From the human T2T-CHM13v2.0 reference genome, Homo sapiens: DNA of 64,000 bases. Location of the stretch: assembly GCF_009914755.1 (NCBI RefSeq), contig NC_060948.1, one strand, 5' to 3'. The notes beneath the pieces were generated by a model. That model was not told where the DNA came from, did no database searches, and worked only from the letters and a program-made list of their open reading frames with translations. The position numbers were made by a program, and so were the translations under genes. Numbering within the stretch: position 1 is the first letter of the stretch; the number at the start of each line of letters is the position of its first letter. Positions 57,990-64,000 of this stretch are shown piece by piece.

Positions 57990-58370
57990 TACAACAGGCT
58001 AAACTGTGTTTCCTGCAAATCCTTATGTCAGATGCCTCACATCTAGAACCTCAAAATGTGCCTTTTTTTTTTTTGTAGACTGTGCCTTTACTCAGAGAAT
58101 TAAGGTAAAATGATGATGGCAGATGGATGTCTCCTAACCTAGTATAACTGATGTCTTTAGGAATACAGAAGAATGCGACTCTAACAACAAATAAAAAGAA
58201 GGATGTTCATATGAAGAGCCAGAAAGAAGGATGTCATCTAAAATTTGAGAAACTAAATCTGCCATCTTGTTTTTTGGGTTTCTGGCCTCCAGAACTGTAA
58301 GAGAGTATATGTTATTTAAGTCATCCCGAAGGTGATATTTTGTTATGGAAGTCTAGATAGAGTAATACAA
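57990..58370 (+). mobile_element. MaLR LTR (MLT1/MST-like)
   Basis: ttctggcctccagaactgtaaga...tatttaagtcatcc...tattttgttatgg...taataca 3' end. Confidence 0.7.
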
Positions 58371-58846
58371 TCATATACTAGTTTTTTTTAAGAGGCTTAC
58401 TATGTTTTTATACATAGATCCCACAGGAAAGGAAGCTGAGAAAGAACTATGCTTAGTTTGACAAGTCACACCATTCCCTGATGATTTCCAAGAAACTTCT
58501 CTATACCCTCCAATCACTGACTGACCTGTAGCTCCCTGATGTTTCAGAGGCAACATAAATACATTCCAAGAAAGCAATATGGAATACTGAGTATCACTTT
58601 GTCTCTTTATTTAAAAAACAGTAGCAGAAGAGAGACACTTAAGAAAAAATTACCTCAGGATCAGAAAACTTAACTCTCTTCCAGTCTTAGCAAAATCTGT
58701 TCCTAAAGTCCTAATAAATAATCAGGTATTGCCATAGGAATTGCTGGTCATTGCTTCAAAAATGTTACAAAGCTATACTGTCTTATCAGCCACCTACTCT
58801 CCTAAACTTGGACATTTGGCTGGAGTGCCCATGAGGCATCCTAAAG

Positions 58847-59625
58847 CAGTGGTCCCCAACCAATTTTGTGGAAGACAATTTTTCCATGAACAGATGGTGC
58901 AAGGGGGTGACTGGTTTCCAGATGAAACTGTTTCACCCCCAGGCCCTGGCAACCACTATTCTACTCTTGGTTTTTATGAGTTTTGACTTTTTTAGATCTC
59001 TCATATATATGAGATCATGCAGTATTTGTCTTTTTCTGCCTGGCTTATTTCCCTTAGCATAATGTCCTCCAAGGTTCATTTATGTTGTGGCAAATGACAG
59101 AATTTCTTTCCTTTTTAAGGCTGAATAATATTTGATTGTATGTATATACTACATTTAAAAAGTCCATTCATTTGTCAGTAGACACTTGGGTTGATTCCAT
59201 ATTTTTGCTATTGCAAATAATGTTGCAATGAACATGGAGGTGCAGATATCTCTTCAAAATACTGACTTCATTTCCTTTGGTTATACAGGAAGGAGTAGGA
59301 TTGCTGGGTTATATATATAATAGTTCTATTTTAAATTTTTTGAGGAAACTCTATACTGTTTTCTATAATGGCTGCACAGTTTACATCCCTACCAACAGCG
59401 TATGAGGGTTCTCCTTTTTTTTTTTTTTTATGTGTTAGAGTCCCATAAAGGGCTTAGAATGCAGATCCCTGACATGTGCAATTAATAGGGTTTATGCTCC
59501 TTTGAGAATCAAATGCCGCTGCTGATCCCACAAAATGCAGAGCTCTGGGAGCAATGCAGGAAGGTCACTTATTTTTGTGCAGCCTGATTTCTAACAGGCC
59601 ATAAACTGGTGGTTGGGAACCCCTG
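58847..59625 (+). mobile_element. MER1B-like hAT transposon, interrupted
   Basis: TIRs cagtggtccccaacc / ggttgggaacccctg. 8-bp TSD tcctaaag (58839-58846) / tcctagag (59626-59633). Confidence 0.85.
58936..59429 (-). mobile_element. Internal fragment of an old L1 (L1MA/L1MB 3' region) inside MER1
   Basis: cctggcaaccactattctact...gagatcatgcagtatttgtc...gtgcagatatctctt...accaacagcgtatgagggtt. Confidence 0.8.
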
Positions 59626-61764
59626 TCCTAGAGGACCACAAGCCCTCCCAAGCCATTTGAATCACCTTTGCATCTCAATCAGTTTGTCAAGAGACTTAGA
59701 GTCACCTTATTCATAGAATCTGTAATCTGTGGCCATTACTGCCATCACTAAACATCTGGTCTTCTATGAAGCCCTAAAGACCACAATTCTAGTGTGCAAG
59801 CCACAAGTATAAAAAAAGCCAAACACCAACTCAGCACAAAAGAGGCTCCAATATCTGCTGAAGTGCATGATTATCAACCTTGATCAGGTCCTTTTCAAAG
59901 AGCAACCACAGCCCAAGAAAAACTCACAATCAATGACTGTGACTGCAGCAATGTCAGGGAAATGTCTCCAATCTCAACCAACAACACAGACTTGAACTCC
60001 AGTGTCAACTCAAGAAATAAGACCTCCCAGTCTTAACACCTGGCTAACCCTAAAAGTCAGGCTTTCTACTGTTGCATCTCAGATCGACAATACTCATCTA
60101 TAAATGTTTGAAGCCACTAGGGTAAGGCATAGAAAATCTTGAAGAAGAGTCAAACCAAAAGCAAAGCCACATTAACAGGCTTTGGTGTCAAAACTAGACA
60201 GAAAATGTCTATTTTCCAAATGACCCAGAGGAGTGTATTAAATATCTAAGTACACTGGACCAGATGGACAAAGCAGTGAAGGTACCCTCTGTGGTATGGA
60301 ACAAAGAGTTTTCAGTGCAAACTGGTCTATCTCCTCCAACAGTCACCCAACACACAGTTCTATTCAAACAGCAGACGGTCCAGAGTATGAATGACAGTCA
60401 TACTCTGCTGGAGCAGGAGCAGGAGGACATGGTCTGCAATAACAAAAATGGAAAAAAAAAACATACCTTCAGGACAAAAGGCAGAATGTCATACAAGTTA
60501 GTGATAAAAATGGGAGAGGATGAAGAAGAGAATCAGGAAGAGAATACACAACCAAAATTTCCCTTTTTTGGATGGTAGAAGCTGCCTCTGAACCACCTGC
60601 AGGTCATGGAGATATATATCAATATATAATAAACTATTATCTTGCCTTAATCAGCCTTTACCACATGAATATCTCAGGGTTCTAGAGTACACTAACTGCA
60701 GTGTTATTGCTTAGATATTCAGGAAAACCATTTTGTGTGGGAAATAACTGGTTTCCACACTCAGCACAGCTACTAGAGTGAGATACAGGATCTAAGTTAT
60801 TTCTAGGCTGTTCTAAACTTATTTTAATTATGAAATCATATAACCCTACCTCTCATAGACTATCACTTTATTCTTTGCAGACACATCTATAATTATACAA
60901 TGGGAGAACATTAGCTTGGTAGTCAGGAAATATAATTCTGACATTTTGTATTATTACTTTTTTCCTTCAACCTGCACAAATACTGCATGGAGCTGAGTGG
61001 CTTCCTCCATCTAAACAATTGTCTATTCCACAGCACTGTTTCTTCCATAGCCGGAGGGGAATGAGAAAGTACAATGTCAACAAAACACAGAAGTTTAGGG
61101 ATGATGAGATTCTAATGGAGTTGGAAAGAAGGCTTTGGAAAAGTAAAAATGGAAACTGACTTGGTATTGACCTAGCAGGGGTGGAGGAGTTCTGATGAGA
61201 GATTAGCAACCCATGGTTTTATTTTTTACAGACATAAAGTGTTGCCATTTTATTTCCCAGTTTTGAGTAAGCCTCCACTTTCCCTCATCTGGAACATACT
61301 TTCAAATAATGAGCTGGCTTGATCCTAAATCAAAACCACATTTGACCCTCTCCCACATTGTACTATAAATTTGGTTATACTTTCTTTCTCCCAGTGGCCC
61401 CTCCTTGTTATTTATCATAAAAAAACTATTTTCTGGCTCATTTTCTCTAGCACCTGTACATCATTTATAGCATAGGCTATCTACTTATCTTCCTGACATT
61501 TTTTTTTTTCCCAAATAGCCACATAGGCCTTGTCTCAGAGGAAAAATGGTTAGAACTTTCCTGACCTGTTACCAATCACACTCTAGTAAGAAACAAAGAT
61601 GCTGGAAGTATGGACAATTTTCATCAGCATTACTTGATGTCACTCAGAAAAAAAAAAAAAAAAAAAACTCTCAATCTTCCTAGGAACTACCTGGCAAGGT
61701 GCAATAACCTGGTAGGTATGGGGATTAAATGAGCTCCATGTCTGTTAGAAACTAAGATATAAAC

Positions 61765-62114
61765 CACATATTGCTTAGGCCTACATTGAATCATCAATAT
61801 CACTATTTACACTCTCTACATCTTTTCCAGTGGAAAGGTATTCATTGCAGTAACACTCATAGAACTGTTATCACATGTAACACTGCCTCCTTCTGAAACC
61901 ACCTGGAGGACTTCTCTGAAGCTGTCTTCCAGTTTATGCTTAGCAGCACAGTGTGTTTTTACATTAATGTTATGTGAAAAATAAATTGCTACCTCACAAT
62001 AAGTATGATGTCACTAGGCAACAAAATTTTTTCAGTTCCATTATAGTCATATGAAATTACCATGGTATATGCTGTCAGCCATTGACCTATATTTAGCCAT
62101 TTGACACACGACTG
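61765..62114. mobile_element. Tigger3 fragment
   Basis: taggcctaca...atcatcaatatcact body and end gatgtcactaggc...tttttcagttccattata...gactg followed by TA. Confidence 0.7.
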
Positions 62115-62615
62115 TATTTCAAAGTATTAACTTCATAGGATCAGAAGGTGTTAGGCAACCACTGTGTAAGGGGTCTTGAAAAAACTTACCACTCCTGCAC
62201 CACTACCAGCCCTCTGACCCAGAAGGCTCAAAGACTTATTCAAAAGTTTCCTTGAGACCCTCGTTAGCTTCTAACAGCCCAGATGTAGCATTAGGGGAAA
62301 GCTGCAGGCAAGCCAACCAGCAATAACCTGCTAGTCACAGTGGGGCCAAAATGCTTCCACTACTCCCTCTCATGGAGAACCTGAGGTAGATATGTATTCA
62401 CACGGATCATACAACTAGCCCTCCCTACTGCTTATCAGATTCTGCAAAATTAGTGGCTTTGGCCTGAGAACCTAACACCTAAACTCAGGACCCTCACAGT
62501 CTTCTGTCATAGGTAGAGCTCAGCTCAACACTAGGCCAAACCTCCTGCCCAACCCTAACATTTCAAAATGCACTGATACTCTACACACAGGTCACTGGCC
62601 CAGCAATCTTTTTTC

Positions 62616-63707
<1,092 letters not shown>

Positions 63708-64000
63708 TCAGAACAAAGGTCACTGGCCCAGGAACATTTTTTCAGAACCACTCCACACCATCTACCAGTATCAAAGTCTTACCTGTGAGTGCCAGTAGTT
63801 GGAAAAATAAAAGCACTCCTGATAAAAACAACTTAGTAAGAAGCATGGCTGTGCCTATACTAGGCCAGGACAAAAAGTCATTTGCCTTGGGTTGGCAGTC
63901 GCCCTCGAAACCAAAGAACAGCAGTGATGCCTCTGCATGCAGGCATTTTCTTTCCTCTTCCTTGGTGGTTCTGATAAACATGGTACAATTATTTCTTGGG

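Noticed and set aside
59000-59013. Palindrome ctcatatatatgag
   Set aside because: Short and built on a (TA)n core; expected by chance in AT-rich L1 sequence.

Overview
AT-rich primate genomic DNA made almost entirely of nested, decayed transposable elements. No intact cellular gene, RNA gene or CRISPR array is visible. A 5'-truncated L1 at 62.6-63.7 kb carries the L1HS pre-Ta 3' UTR diagnostics (ACG and G), so the source is very probably human. L1/ERV density and many abrupt junctions without target-site duplications (TSDs) suggest a sex chromosome, possibly Y; this is inference only. Contents: about 12 LINE-1 copies from L1M to L1HS, two gamma-like (ERV1) internal regions, a deleted HERV-K(HML-3)/MER9 provirus, a fragmented class III (LTR47/HERV-S-like) provirus, Alus, MaLR LTRs and MER6/MER1/Tigger3 DNA transposons. 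Best leads: a decayed two-hydrophobic-segment ORF between pol and env of one ERV1; a reconstructable mini class III provirus (gag + env TM, no pol) hit by three later insertions; a possibly polymorphic L1HS; and several junctions that record their mechanism. I found no evidence for a new functional system. Subfamily names come from recalled consensus motifs, not a database search, and boundaries are approximate unless a TSD is cited.
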